Made by a program: the position numbers and the translations under genes
Source of the DNA: Lingula anatina
Taxonomy: Eukaryota; Animalia; Brachiopoda
Reading direction: 5' to 3'
DNA length: 64,000 bases
Assembly: GCA_051362555.1 (NCBI GenBank)
Contig: CM120641.1
Location: forward strand, 37,702,401 to 37,766,400
Shown: positions 51,601 through 64,000 of the stretch, in pieces
How positions within the stretch are numbered: the stretch's first letter is position 1
How the letters are laid out: the number at the start of each line of letters is the position of its first letter
The notes under the pieces: model-generated
Told to the model about the DNA's origin: nothing
The model's database searches: none
Seen by the model: only the letters and a program-made list of their open reading frames with translations

Positions 51601-54600
51601 GTTGTTATTTTTGAATTTTTAGCCACAGTTAACTTTTTCCAACAGTTACCAAAAAGAATCTTTCATTTTTTTGTGGATTATATAAGCTGATATATCAAAT
51701 TGGAATTTAGGCTATGTAACAGTGGGGCAAATATGTTTTCTTATGGACACCCTTCAATTAAATTGTATAGGTACAGTAGCAGATCTCTTCACTGGTGCTC
51801 TAGCCAGAGGAAATTATGGACCACCTGGTGGGTTCTGTTGGGATGTCCATTGTAATGATAACCCTGTGCAGGCAAGTCTATTGGCCATTGGGAAAATTTT
51901 CTTTTTTTTTCATGTCTTTTTCAAGCAAATCTATTAAATTTATAAACAACATTTAAATCTTCACAAAGGCAAATTTTTCCTGTATGTAGTATGCTAATCA
52001 TAGAAAAAAACATTGCATATTCTTACATAGTTTTAAGTTTAATCCGTACACCATGGTTGAAATTTAATTTATTTAATACCCTTTCTAGAACTAATTGCCA
52101 GTTTGAGATACCTACCCATGTCAGTATTGAATAAGTCCATGTTTTCTTGATGTTGTAGGATGACAAACGATTACATGACTATAATGTTGATGACCTTGTG
52201 AAGAAGTTCCTTGCCACCACACAGGAGCAGGTGAGTTTAAACTTTGCATGACTTCTGGTTCTACCATAAATCACATGGCATGAAAATATTTTAGCTTGTG
52301 TTTCGATAATTATCAGATATGATCCAACTACCAAGCTAATGAACATTTTTGCTTATTTTCATATAGTTTCAGAAGGTCAATGAAAAGAATTTTGACAGCC
52401 CTTGAATACATTCACTTGTCCTCCTTGCTTATATTCTTTATACTTTGAATATTTACATTGAAAAAGATTACAATTCCATTCTTAACATTTACCTGTACTT
52501 TTGTTCCAGGCCAAGCAATACCAAACCAACCATCTGATGTGGACCATGGGCTCTGACTTCCAGTTTGAAAGTGCTCACCAGTGGTACAAGAACCTGGACA
52601 AGCTCATAACCTATGTCAATGCTCAGGTACTATTTTACTTTTTAATATGATATGATGTATTAATGAAAGTTTCCAGGGATACAGTGTTGCTTTTTTAACA
52701 TATCCATGTAAGATCTCTTTTATTGAATTGTCATTTTTGACGTGACATTGTTGTGGGCTGTGTAGATTGTATTCAAAGTGTTATGTTGACAGCAAAGAAC
52801 CTTCTTTAATCAGTGGCAGAAACATACTAATTGTCACAGCATCAATATTAAAATCCCATTGTACAAATTTTCTGTCTTATCTTTTTAGCAAGCCAATGGG
52901 AGCAAAGTGAATGCTCTGTATTCCACCCCATCTTGTTATACCTATGCCAAGAACCTGGCTAATGTAACCTGGACAACCAAGGAAGATGACTTCTTCCCCT
53001 ATGCTCATGTTGATCATGGGTTCTGGACAGGCTACTTCACCAGTAGAGCAGCTCTTAAAGGATATGTCAGGTGGACCAACAATTTCTTGCAGGTACGGTT
53101 GATCCCGCAGTTATGCTTGGTCTGCCAGGTAGTATTGACCTCATTGCAGTGATAAGTGAATTGAGAGTACAGACAGATTTTGGAACCTATATGAAGAAAT
53201 TCTTCTACAATATTGATTTTTAAGAAAAATAACTACAGATTAGTTTTTTATCGTACTTTCAACTGATAAAAACTGATGGGATTGTATTTTTGGAAGGGCT
53301 GTAGTGTAACGCAAGTTCATTTTCTCAATATTCCCAGGGAGTGAAACAGTTAGACATTCTGTCAAAGTTGGATACCATGGATAACAGTGAAATAAAACTA
53401 AGAACACTCAGTAAGTTGAATGGTTAAGAAAAAGGATCACTTTAAATAATCAGTGTTTACCATCTCAACTCAGAATTGTTGTTAGTTACAGTTTGTGGTG
53501 TCAAATTGTCAGTAATCAAAATACTTTTTAACAATATTTTTTAATAGAATCAAAGGATATGATATAATATATCCTACAAAATGTATTTTTCAGTATTCTG
53601 TTACATTATTTCTTATACCTAATTTTAGGGCAAGCAATGGGTGTTGCTCAGCATCATGATGCAGTAAGGTAAAAGCTGGATTTTATTTGTTTTTGAAAAA
53701 CTATATGTGTGATTAAATCCATCAAAGATATTATGTAGGTATAAATGGCTCATATAGATCTTGATTTATATTGTTTATAGTGTAGGTCAGATATGCTATA
53801 AATATACTGTGTATGTGGCTTGTTTATGTCATTTCAGTGGTACAGAGAAGCAACATGTTGCATATGACTATGCTATGAGGCTTTCAGAGGGGATTAGCAT
53901 GTGCCAGGTAATTGTTTGTAATTATACTGCTATATCCGATGTTAAAACAATGTGGACTTCCTTTTCATGTGATTTATTAAGGTCTGTTTATACATTCATG
54001 AATATGTCAGTTACAGTACAATAGATAAAGGGACTGCAGAAACTTTACTCAGCAACCTTGCCTTTTATTTAGATAATGATCAAAGAATCAGAAAGAAACA
54101 GGCCCGTAGCCAGCAATTTCAAAAGGGGGGGTTAGTTTTCTAAAAAAAAGCAGACCATTTACCATGAAATCTTAGTGTACCTAAATCAATTTTTACTCAG
54201 AGCATACCTTTTTCCAGCAGAAAGGTTGGTTTCTTCGAACCCCCGAACCCCACCTGGCTACTAGCCTACAATTAATGCTAATTAACACCTTTTTAGGGGC
54301 ATCATATTTTTAAGAATAACAACATGAAATGTTACAGGAAGTGGTAAATGATGCATACAAGAAATTGCTTCCCAAGAACAACAGTGCTACTCCTCCTGTT
54401 CAGATGTTCTGTACTCTCACCAACATCAGCATGTGTAATGTCACTGAATTCCTGAAAAGGGTAAGAAGCACATGACACATACTCTTTAGGCTGCAGAACT
54501 CGTCTTAGATAAAACTGGTGAACATTGGAATTATGCATATGTATATTGAACAGGTTTCAATGTATCCCAGTTATACAGAGTTTGCTATATCTCTAACTAG

Positions 54601-57600
54601 AACATTGTGAAGATTGTAAGCATATAGGGAAGACTCCAATGCCATGATGGTATATTTAGAACGAATTAAACGATTTATTTCAAAAGATTCGTTATCAGTT
54701 GTATAGTTTTATTATTGTCATTATTAGTAGTAGTAATAGTAGTAGTAGAAGAAGTAGTACATGTTGTTGTATTTAATATTGTTATAACAATTATTTTGTA
54801 ACATATTTTAATAAAATTATACATGTAGCAACACATAATAACATCAATCCCTATTTTTTTCAGTTCACAGTTACAGTGTATAATCCTATTGGACGTCCAG
54901 TGATGACCTGGTTAAGGCTCCCTGTACAGGGGTCAGCTTACACTGTGATCGGCCCAGATGGCAAAAATGTACCTGCTCAGGTAAACATTGAATACTATAT
55001 CCCATCAGATCCATTGTCTCTGTCTTGACTAAAGTATGTTAAAAGATGGGATCATTGTGGTGTAAGAGGAATGGTTGTTTGTTGGGTGCTGTAACTATTT
55101 CTCAATACTTTGTACAAGTGACATGCAACCCATGCATGCATAACACAACCCTTATCCTAACCTAACTATCTTATCCATTTCCTGGCACACCAGTATCAAA
55201 TTTGAACAGTTAAAGTTTGAAACTTTGAAGCTTTCATTTTGTCAGCTGAATCCAAGTAATTGTAAATAATTTTATATATTATTGCAGCTCTTTTATCTTT
55301 TAAAAAAGAAATCTCATTTACAGAAGATGTATAAGATACAGTTCTGCATTAGAAATAGTTAGATTGTGTACATAGAAACAGCCAATTCCTCAATTCTGTT
55401 GATGATGTTGTTTGGTCTGTCCTGAAAGAAAAGTGCATTATCACATTTATTGAGACTTATTTATTCTTATCAGTGGGCATGTACATGTGTATGTATAGCT
55501 CATTGTTTTAACCAGTGATTTTAGATAAAATTTTAAAAACAAGCAACATTTTTCCTTGCAGATTGTGCCTGTTTCCAAAAGGACCAAATCTATTCCAGAG
55601 AGAAAGAGTCCAGCCAACTATGAACTTGTTTTCCATGTTAGCCCACCACCACTTGGCTTTGCCACTTACTTTGTGTCTTATAACTCAGGTAATGAACATT
55701 TTTGTTATTTAAGAAAGTCAAAAATACATTTCATAGCACATGTCATAAGATTTTTTATAGTATGTATAATAATTCCAATCAAAATTACCGTGAAACACTT
55801 TAGGATTACTTAAAAGGGAAAATTTGAAATTGAAATGTATCAATTTATTAAATGTGGATGTTTTTTATGTAGCTCTTGAAGTGTTCAAACAACAGCAAAC
55901 TCAAGAGAAAGAAAATGCCTTTTATCAAGATATGGACCTGCGGAATGAGGTAGGATTTCACCAGATTGCATTAGTAATGGTCAATAACTGAGCTATACAC
56001 ATCTGGTGGAAAATACAGAGAATGCATAAGTCGTCTGATTTTTATTATTTTATTTTCTTGTTTCTTCAAAGAAATGGTAATTGTTCCATTAGTTTTAAGT
56101 TATTTTGTTCTGAAATAAAAGCATAGGACTGGCCCTAGTTCTTGAGAAGATTTTTGCTATGCCATTACTCAGAACTGAGAGTTCACTTCTATGCCACATA
56201 GAAAAAATGAGCCTTCTGTGGAGATGCAGCTTTGATATAAATATATTGTTAGGATAGTTTCCACTCATGGATTAAAATTTACAAACTTTTGCTTCCAGCA
56301 CATCTCACTGATATTTGACCAAAATACAGGACTGCTGAAACAGATGACCAACCTGGACAAGCAGATCACCATCCCTCTCCAGCATGAGTTTAAATATTAC
56401 CAGAGTTTTGCTGGCAACAACAGCAAGGGGATATATGAGGCTTCTGGGGCATACATCTTTAGACCTAATGGCACTGATGCTTATCCACTGAAGACAAACA
56501 TGGTCACTAAGTTTATGCAGGTACAGTTTACTAATTTATTCTTGGCTGTTCAGGTATTCAACAACCTGTGTAACCTGAGTATAACTTACCTTATTCATTA
56601 TTTGATTTGCCATATGGTATGGGAAAATTTTCTTTGCCCCTACTGACCAAAATAAGTTGTCTTTTTTATATATGTATTTGATATTGAATGAAAATACCAT
56701 TAGTAATATGTCTACTTAAAATTATTTTCTCTTTTTATAATTGTTAATCATGCAATTTGATTCATCAGTATGATTTTGAACTTCATAGATATTAATATAA
56801 GTAGATATAGTACCGTTGCACATTTTATTTGTGTGGATATTTATGTGTAAATATTAAGCAATTTTTCTATATACATTTTAGGGCATTCTAGTAAAGGAGG
56901 TTCACCAGACCTTCTCCAGCTGGACCACACTGGTGACCAGGCTGTACCAGGGGGCTAGGCACGTGGAGATGGAGTGGACTGTGGGACCTATACCTATTGA
57001 GTAAGCTTGCTGTTATTATATAATAGGCCCGTAGCCAGGGAGAGTCGGGGGGGGGGGGGGGGGGGTTGAAAGAACCACCCTTTTTGCTGGGAAAAGGTTC
57101 ACTCTGGGTAAAATTTGATCTATGTACATGAGGATGAGGGTTTTATGTTTAAAGGTCCACTTTTTCAGAAAACGAACCCCACCCTGTATAACTGTGTTAC
57201 TACTTTAAATGGACAGAAATAATCATATTGACAGAACACAGGATGAAAATTTTATCTCCATTTTAGTTTGCACTAAGGTATGACTTGCTGTATATTTGAA
57301 GGAGTGTTGAAGTGATTTTTGAAAATAATTTTCAAAATTTGTTTTGTTGTATAGTGATAACCAAGGAAAAGAGGTAATCAGCCATTTTGCCACAGATTTG
57401 AAAACAAATGGAATCTTTTATACAGATTCCAATGGAAGGGAAATTTTACAAAGAAAGTAAGTGTTTTTCACTTCAAAAGGATAAATAAATAATTTTAATC
57501 TTTTAAACATTTAGGATGAGAGGAAAATGTTCAGTTCAAGTCACGTAACCAAATGTCAACTGCAGTTTTGTAATTAAGTTGAATATTTCCTTAGAAACTT

Positions 57601-59988
57601 TGCAGCTTCAGTTAAAGAAACTTAACGTTAGATAAAAGTTGGTTCTCAAAACCAAACTACATTTTACATGTACCTTCCAGACGTAACTTCCGTCCAACAT
57701 GGAAACTAAACCAAACTGAACCTGTATCTGGTAACTATTACCCCATCAACAGCAGGATTTATATCAGGGTAAGAATTAGAACATTGCCTTAGGAACAATG
57801 TTTGTATTTATTATAAACTGTACTTAATGATTTGTATATTTGAAAATATGATAATCACATTTTGTCTTTAACAGGACCTTAAACGCCCTTAAAATTGCAT
57901 TTTCTCCAGTTCAAAGCAAGCAGGATAACTGTTTGGTTGCTCTTGTTTATTCCTATGTTGCTGTTTTTCCTGTATTACAGGATGAGACTAAGAATGTCCA
58001 ACTTACAGTTTTGAATGACCGCTCCCAAGGTGGGTCAAGTATTCAAGATGGCTGCCTAGAAATAATGGTGCATCGTAGGAATCTTCATGATGACAGTCTT
58101 GGCGTTGGTGAGCCTCTCAATGAGACTGGGTCAGATGGGAAAGGGTTGATTGTGAGAGGTTAGTAAATGAAGGTCTTCATCTGCATACTGCATTGAAATA
58201 TTGAAATTTATTTAAAGATATTTTCCTGATATATTTGTGCCTGATGCCATGTGTTTTTCATTGATTAAGTTTTTATCATTATGCCCCATCATAAACACCT
58301 TTTTGGCTTTTTTGCAGGTTTGTTCCTTGATTCTGATTTTTTTCTGCAGATAAAAATTTGTTTGCAGGCCATATCCATAATTTATTATCTGTTGTTGCAG
58401 GTAAACATTACTTGGTGTTAGATGATATCAAGTCGTCAGGTCGCATCCACAGAGATTTAGCAGAACAACTCTTCATGGCACCCCTGCCCTCCTTCTCTGA
58501 CCTCAAGATGGATTTCCAGCAGTGGATAAAACAATACAATACAATGGTCAGTGAACATTATTTATGCATATTTTTTCAGTGCTAATTATTTTGCAAGACC
58601 TTAACATTTTTGTCAGGTGACTCCATTGCTTTTGGGACAATTGTTAAAATGACACTCTTGACTTAATCTTTTTTTTCTAGAATTTCATATCATCTTGAAT
58701 ATTTTAATACATAAGATACTCTATATATTCAATGTATTTCATAATCACAAAGCAGATATTTCTACCACCTTTGTATCATTATAATTTTGTTGAGCTGGCA
58801 TTGTTAAGTGTTGAAAATGTTCCTACATTTTTTTTCTCATCTGCAGTGGAGTGGATTAAAACAAAAGCTCCCAGATAATGTGCACCTGTTGACCCTGGAG
58901 CAGTGGTCTGGCACCACAGTTCTACTGAGGCTGGAACATTTCTATGAGAAGGGAGAAGATGATGTACTGTCAAAGCCTGCGGTGGTTTCTCTAAAGGTAT
59001 GTTGTTTTAAATACTGAGTATATGACTGATTACTCAACATAGGGCTCATGCGTGGTAGAGTGCCTTCCTCTGATGCAGGATTTGATGAGCCTGATCCCTG
59101 AAAGGTTCATAGTAAAGAGCATTGCAGATTGGTACTCACTCAATATAAAGAGGTTGTAGCTGGAAATTTTAAGTAGTAATTCTCAGCACCATAAATGCAG
59201 CAATTAAAGGGCATAACTGCTGGGCTAAAATAGAACTTGAAATATGAATGTAAAAAGTACTTATCGTTTTGTTCCTTTTCTGCCTTGTGACCTCTTGTTG
59301 AATTTCTATAAAAAGTTCTAGAGATGTAACAGGAGCGCTTACCAGCATTTTTATTAAAAAGCCACAGAGAAAACTATTACTTTTCAAGTTGTTATATCTT
59401 TTAATTAGTATTAATTATCTCGCACCCCACACATTTATGTTCAGATTCAACCTTTTTATTGTGGGATCCTTTTTACAGGGAATGTTTACTCCATTTGATG
59501 TGAGCTCAGCAGTTGAACTGAATTTGGGCGCCAATCAAAAACTGGCTGACATGAAACGGCTGAAGTGGATGTACAAGACACAGCTCAGTAAGTACAAACT
59601 CTTTATTTTTTCTTTATTTTGAGTTCACACATGATATGCTATGAATTAAAAAGTTCATATTGTAATGGTATAAAGGCTGTCTGTATCTGAGTAAGTAAAT
59701 GTTACCTGCTGATGCTAAACATATACCCAATATACCTAGCTCAAAGACTGTTATGATGAAAAGGCAAATTAAGAATCAAGTTCTACAAACAATTTTCAGG
59801 TAGGTCTGCTTATTTCTGTTATCATATTCCTTAAAAAATTCTTACAATACCATACTATTACCTTTGATATAAAGAGATTATCTTATTTTGAAGGTACTCC
59901 TGAGCATGTGGTGACACCTATTGGAGATGACCTCACTGTGCAGCTGCAGCCAATGCAGATCAGAACATTCCAAGTTACATCAGCTTAA
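48635..59988 (+). CDS. MAN2B1: Lysosomal alpha-mannosidase (GH38), 25 coding exons, about 1035 aa
   Basis: Exons 48635-48832, 49546-49648, 49911-50084, 50763-50956, 51461-51569, 51771-51871, 52159-52230, 52510-52626, 52889-53092, 53338-53410, 53629-53668, 53838-53907, 54338-54460, 54864-54980, 55562-55688, 55873-55949, 56299-56520, 56882-57000, 57355-57456, 57681-57768, 57981-58158, 58401-58546, 58847-58996, 59479-59587, 59894-59988 sum to 3108 nt in frame. Motifs: [88 protein letters not shown]. The true start may be a later in-frame Met. An acceptor at 48570 implies an upstream non-coding exon. Confidence 0.96.
50295..50500. repeat. Tandem duplication of about 100 bp in MAN2B1 intron 3
   Basis: ACCAAAATATATGG..CATTCATGTCTCAGTGCTG..AAGTTAAGGTTAAATTACTT..CAATTAAAAAA occurs twice in tandem. 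Confidence 0.85.
54099..54268. mobile_element. MITE family A copy in a MAN2B1 intron
   Basis: Runs CAGGCCCGTAGCCAGCAATTT..GGGGGG..GAACCCC..CCTGGCTACTAGCCT, similar to 230-405. Confidence 0.6.
57023..57190. mobile_element. MITE family A copy, reverse orientation
   Basis: Runs AGGCCCGTAGCCAGG..(G)n..AAAAGGTTCACTC..AAAGGTCCACTTTT..GAACCCC, the reverse complement of the internal motifs of the other copies. Confidence 0.55.
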
Positions 59989-61839
59989 AGCTAGCTTTAC
60001 CCCTTTTGCAATCAGAAATGTGATTTACACCTATGGCTAAAAGTCCAGATTTTTTGCAGACATTTATTATCAGTTTAAAAAAATTCTCAAAAGTTCCAGA
60101 ACATTTTGAGAATGTTGTGATTGTAATCATGCAGATGACTCAGAATAGATGTACATGTATTCATCATCTTTGATAATGCTGTAAGCACAGAATCGTCAAC
60201 TACTGATACCAAATGTAATTTCTGGTCTTTCATACCAGAATTATTTCATTTCCTTCACATTTATGCATTATTGTACCACCAGCGTTAGCGCTGGCGGTAC
60301 ACATAGTTTCGGTCTCGTCCGGATCGTTCCGCCGGCTCCGCCGGCTCCGCCGGCTCCGCCGGACGGCTACCGTTACCGCTTCTCCTCCTAGACGGTAAGG
60401 CCCCCCATACCCATCTCATGGATTTAGGTCACCTATAATCTCAACTCGTTCCACGTAAAATTTGGGCTTTGTCGGTATTGGGGTCTGGGTGTGGCACTCA
60501 TTGCAATGCACCCTTGTCCAAAAATGGCAAAATTAAATGCTAATTATCTACCCTACGGAAGGAGTTACGGGAAAAATTTCTACAGACGGCTTTCCAAAAG
60601 TCATATGTGTAGATTTCAAATATACCCTCGGATTTGACCTTTGACCTTTACTTCAAGGTCAAATGGGCCAAAATTTTCAAAAAAATGAAATTTTTTACGA
60701 AAAAAAAATTTTTTGCCCTGTTATTCAGACACCACACAGACTTAACCAATAATATTATTGGAAAGTGTTACCCTTCAGGTCATCTTTCATCTCCGTGAAT
60801 TTGGGGTCAATCGGTGCATTTTCACAGGAGTAGCGGCCATAAGATACCGAAACTGAAAACTGTCTCTAATTCGGGAACCGTTAATGCTAGAGACCCATTC
60901 TTTTTTGCATTTTGTAGAGCATGTGAAGCCCAACACTGGAGGTGGTCTCGGTTTTTTTGTATTCCATACGGTTTTCGAGTTACGCTGTATCAAAAAGTAC
61001 ATATTGGTGGTGAAAGGAAAATGTACGGAAGCCCACTGGTGCCATATGTAGAAAAAAAAATTATCTCGAAATTTCGAGATACTATTTTGAAATTTGAACA
61101 AAAAAATTTACCACCAGCGTTAGCGCTGGCGGTACACATGGTTTCGGTCCCGTCCGGTCCGTTCGCCGGCTCCGCCGCCATGTTACCGTTACCGCTTCTC
61201 CTCCTAGACGGTAAGGGCCCCCGTACCCATCTCATGGATTTAGGTCACCTATAATCTCAACTCGTTCCACGTAAAATTTGGGCTTTGTCGGTATTGGGGT
61301 CTGGGTGTGGCACTCATTGCAATGCACCCTTGTCTAAAAATGGCAAAATTAAATGCTAATTATCTACCCTACAGAAGGAGTTACGGGAAAAATTTCTATA
61401 GACGGCTTTCCAAAAGTCATATGTGTAGATTTCAAATATACCCTCGGATTTGACCTTTGACCTTTACTTCAAGGTCAAATGGGTCAAAATTTTCAAAAAA
61501 ATGAAATTTTTTACGAAAAAAAAAATTTTTGCCCTGTTATTCAGACGCCACACAGACTTAACCAATAATATTATTGGAAAGTGTTACCCTTCAGGTCATC
61601 TTTCATCTCCGTGAATTTGGGGTCAATCGGTGCATTTTCACAGGAGTAGCGGCCATAAAATACCGAAACTGAAAACTGTCTCTAATTCGGGAACCGTTAA
61701 TGCTAGAGACCCATTCTTTTTTGCATTTTGTAGAGCATGTAAAGCCCAACACTGGAGGTGGTCTCAGTTTTTTTGTATTCCATACGGTTTTCGAGTTACG
61801 CTGTATCAGAAAGTACATATTGGTGGGGAAAGGAAAATG

Positions 61840-62081
61840 TACGGAAGCCGACTGGTGCCATATGTAGAAAAAAAAATTATCTCGAAATTTCGAGATACTA
61901 TTTTGAAATTTGAACAAAAAAAAAATTATCTCGAAATTTCGAGATAGCATTTTGATATTTGAGCAAAAAAATTTATCTCGAAATTTCGAGATAGTATTTT
62001 GAAATTTGAACAAAAAAAATGCTATCTCGAAATTTCGAGATAATTTTTTTTTTCAACATATGGCACCAGTCGGCTTCCGTA
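61840..62081. mobile_element. Palindromic MITE, TACGG..CCGTA termini, 6-bp TSD (IS3EU-type)
   Basis: TIR TACGGAAGCCGACTGGTGCCATATGT, four internal palindromes TATCTCGAAATTTCGAGATA, and AAAATG duplicated at 61834-61839 and 62082-62087. A half copy lies at 61024-61108. Confidence 0.75.
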
Positions 62082-62332
62082 AAAATGTGCAGTACGGTAA
62101 TGGATAATAAATTTTGAACTCCGGAAAAATAAAACATAATGCTTGGCAAAGCAGACAACTTGTGGTCAAAAATGACATTATTTTATCAAATTTAAACTTC
62201 TGCAACTTCAGAGAACCTCCCATTTCAAGAACTTTGACCAAAATGACCTTTTCTTTATTTTAATTAATTTTTTCTGTAGGAAATTTATGGCACATTATGG
62301 TAACTCCAAAATTATAACATTTAGTCCCTTAT

Positions 62333-62885
62333 ATCTCCAAAACTGGCAGAGATAGGTCCATAGTTACTATTGAAGTTGAATAGGAAGTCATATACTGGCA
62401 ATCTTACTGTGACCTTGACATTGACCTTTGACCTACTTTTCACCTTGAACTGAACTTTGCAAAATTTGCTTCCCTTTTATCTCCAAAACTGGCAGAGATA
62501 GGTCCATAGTTACTATTGAACTTGCATAGGAAGTCATATACTGGCAATTTTACTGTGACCTTGAAATTGACCTTTGACCTTCTTTTCACCATGAACTGAA
62601 CTTTGCAAATTTTGCTTCCCTTTTATCTCCAAAACTGGCAGAGATAGGTCCATAGTTACTATTGAAGTTGAATAGGAAGTCATATACTGGCAATCTTACT
62701 GTGACCTTGAAATTGACCTTTGACCTACTTTTCACCATGAACTGAACTTTGCAAATTTTGCTTCCCTTTTATCTCCAAAACTGGCAGAGATAGGTCCATA
62801 GTTACTATTGAAGTTGGATAGGAAGTCATATACTGGCAATTTACTGTGACCTTGAAATTGACCTTTGACCTACCTTACAATGAAC
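62333..62885. repeat. 146-bp tandem satellite, about 3.7 units, inside the Helentron-like element
   Basis: ATCTCCAAAACTGGCAGAGATAGGTCC starts at 62333, 62479, 62625 and 62771. Confidence 0.95.
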
Positions 62886-64000
62886 TTAACTTTGATTGCA
62901 CCATTTTTAGTTATATATATTTTTTGCATATTTTGAAAATTCTTGTTGATTGCATTTTTACAGCTTGTCAAGCACAAGACTGGTGGCTGCACCCCTTATT
63001 TTGTGTATGTGGGGGTCTATACGAATGCGCTTGCTCCAGCTGGTGGTACAATATTCGGAGGCGGTATCGCCTCTCTGATCCTCTAGTTTATATTTTACAT
63101 GGACATCTAGTACAGTTGTTTTTGAGACAGCCTATGTCTAATAATTGGCTATGCTAAATCCAATGCTTAATTGTGATAATGTATTAATAATTATCAGCAC
63201 AATCAGCTGTTGTATCAAAGACTTTTGGTAGGATTTTACCAACAGATATTCAATGTTTTCCTAATATAATATATTACAAAGGATAGTCTTGAATATGTGG
63301 AGATTGGAAATAATTAATATTTAATTAAAAATTGTGGCAGCCAATACAGCTGAGCTTTTTATTATTTATGCCATCATTTCTCACAAGTGTGACACTCGTT
63401 GACTTATTGCCAATATTTATATGTTCATGCCTCGAAGACTGTCTGGTACACGTCATTGCAGTTGAAGTTTGCATCGTTCGTTAAAATGGCCTGCCAGAAA
63501 ATCTCCAAGTTTGAAATGATAGCGCATAGTGTTAAAATATATGAATTAACAGATAGTATTATAGTACAGTAAATCAAAATGATGTATGAATTTTTTAAAA
63601 AATATTTTGTGGAAAATGTGGAAAATCATTTAAAAATAAACAATTGAAATATATACAAGCATTTTTCTCTTTTCTGAGGAGTGTTTCTTTGTTTGAAGGC
63701 GGATTCGCGTCTCCTCCCAAAAATGAAAAGGTACAATCTGACTTGCAGCTTTAAAAAGTTCTTAAAGGAAAATTAAAATGAGACTGCGTATTAACCGTGT
63801 AGTAAAGACTTAAAAGCTGGCAGCTTATCAAACTAAGTATATGGTCCGGTTTCCGTGTGGAGTCAAATCCTTTGGAAATTTTAATTTGTAAGATTCAATC
63901 TGATTGATTGTCAAGCAAACTGGGAAACAAGAGATAAATAGAGAGGGATTCCTGGAAAAAAAGCCGATTGCAGTTGCACCAACTAGGGTTGTGTGCTGTA

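Larger units (their letters stand above)
60270..63088 (+). mobile_element. Composite non-autonomous Helentron (HINE/DINE-1-like) with duplicated 5' part and internal satellite
   Basis: SubTIR ATTGTACCACCAGC (60270-60283) is inverted at 63039-63052. Other hallmarks: 5' hairpin GTACC.CCAGCG TTAG CGCTGG.GGTAC, a (CCGGCTCCG)n microsatellite, 3' hairpin GAGGCG-GTAT-CGCCTC (63058-63073) and a CTAG+TT end. An ~835-bp unit is repeated (60275 and 61109). Confidence 0.8.

Noticed and set aside
60787-62241. Duplicated 104-146 aa ORFs
   Set aside because: They lie in the duplicated unit of a non-autonomous element, break at different places, and show no Rep/helicase or other recognisable motif.

Overview
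AT-rich, intron-dense invertebrate animal genomic DNA; the taxon cannot be fixed from sequence alone. I assembled five spliced protein-coding genes by hand from splice sites and frame continuity. (1) The 5' part of a prolyl 4-hydroxylase alpha subunit gene (minus strand, runs off the left edge). (2) Head-to-head with it, neutral ceramidase copy 1 (ASAH2-like, 4257-15783, about 729 aa). (3) A tandem neutral ceramidase copy 2 (18043/19242-29044, about 696-699 aa). (4) A small secreted single-VWD-domain gene (minus, 31335-32641, 162 aa), with a decayed paralog near 39.9 kb. (5) Lysosomal alpha-mannosidase MAN2B1 (48635-59988, 25 coding exons, about 1035 aa). The ceramidase locus is the most unusual part: copy 1 has two intact duplicated 113-nt exons that must be mutually exclusive, copy 2 has two intact duplicated signal-peptide first exons, some exons look gene-converted between the copies, and a C-terminal tail that is coding in copy 1 survives as an in-frame relic in the 3' UTR of copy 2. 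The VWD gene has a stop codon directly at a splice donor, followed by a downstream exon that stays open in frame. Mobile DNA includes a 5'-truncated RTE LINE, a CCCAG-terminal DNA element with a nested Gypsy relic, Helentron-type non-autonomous elements carrying satellites, and several MITE families. No rRNA, tRNA or CRISPR features were seen.
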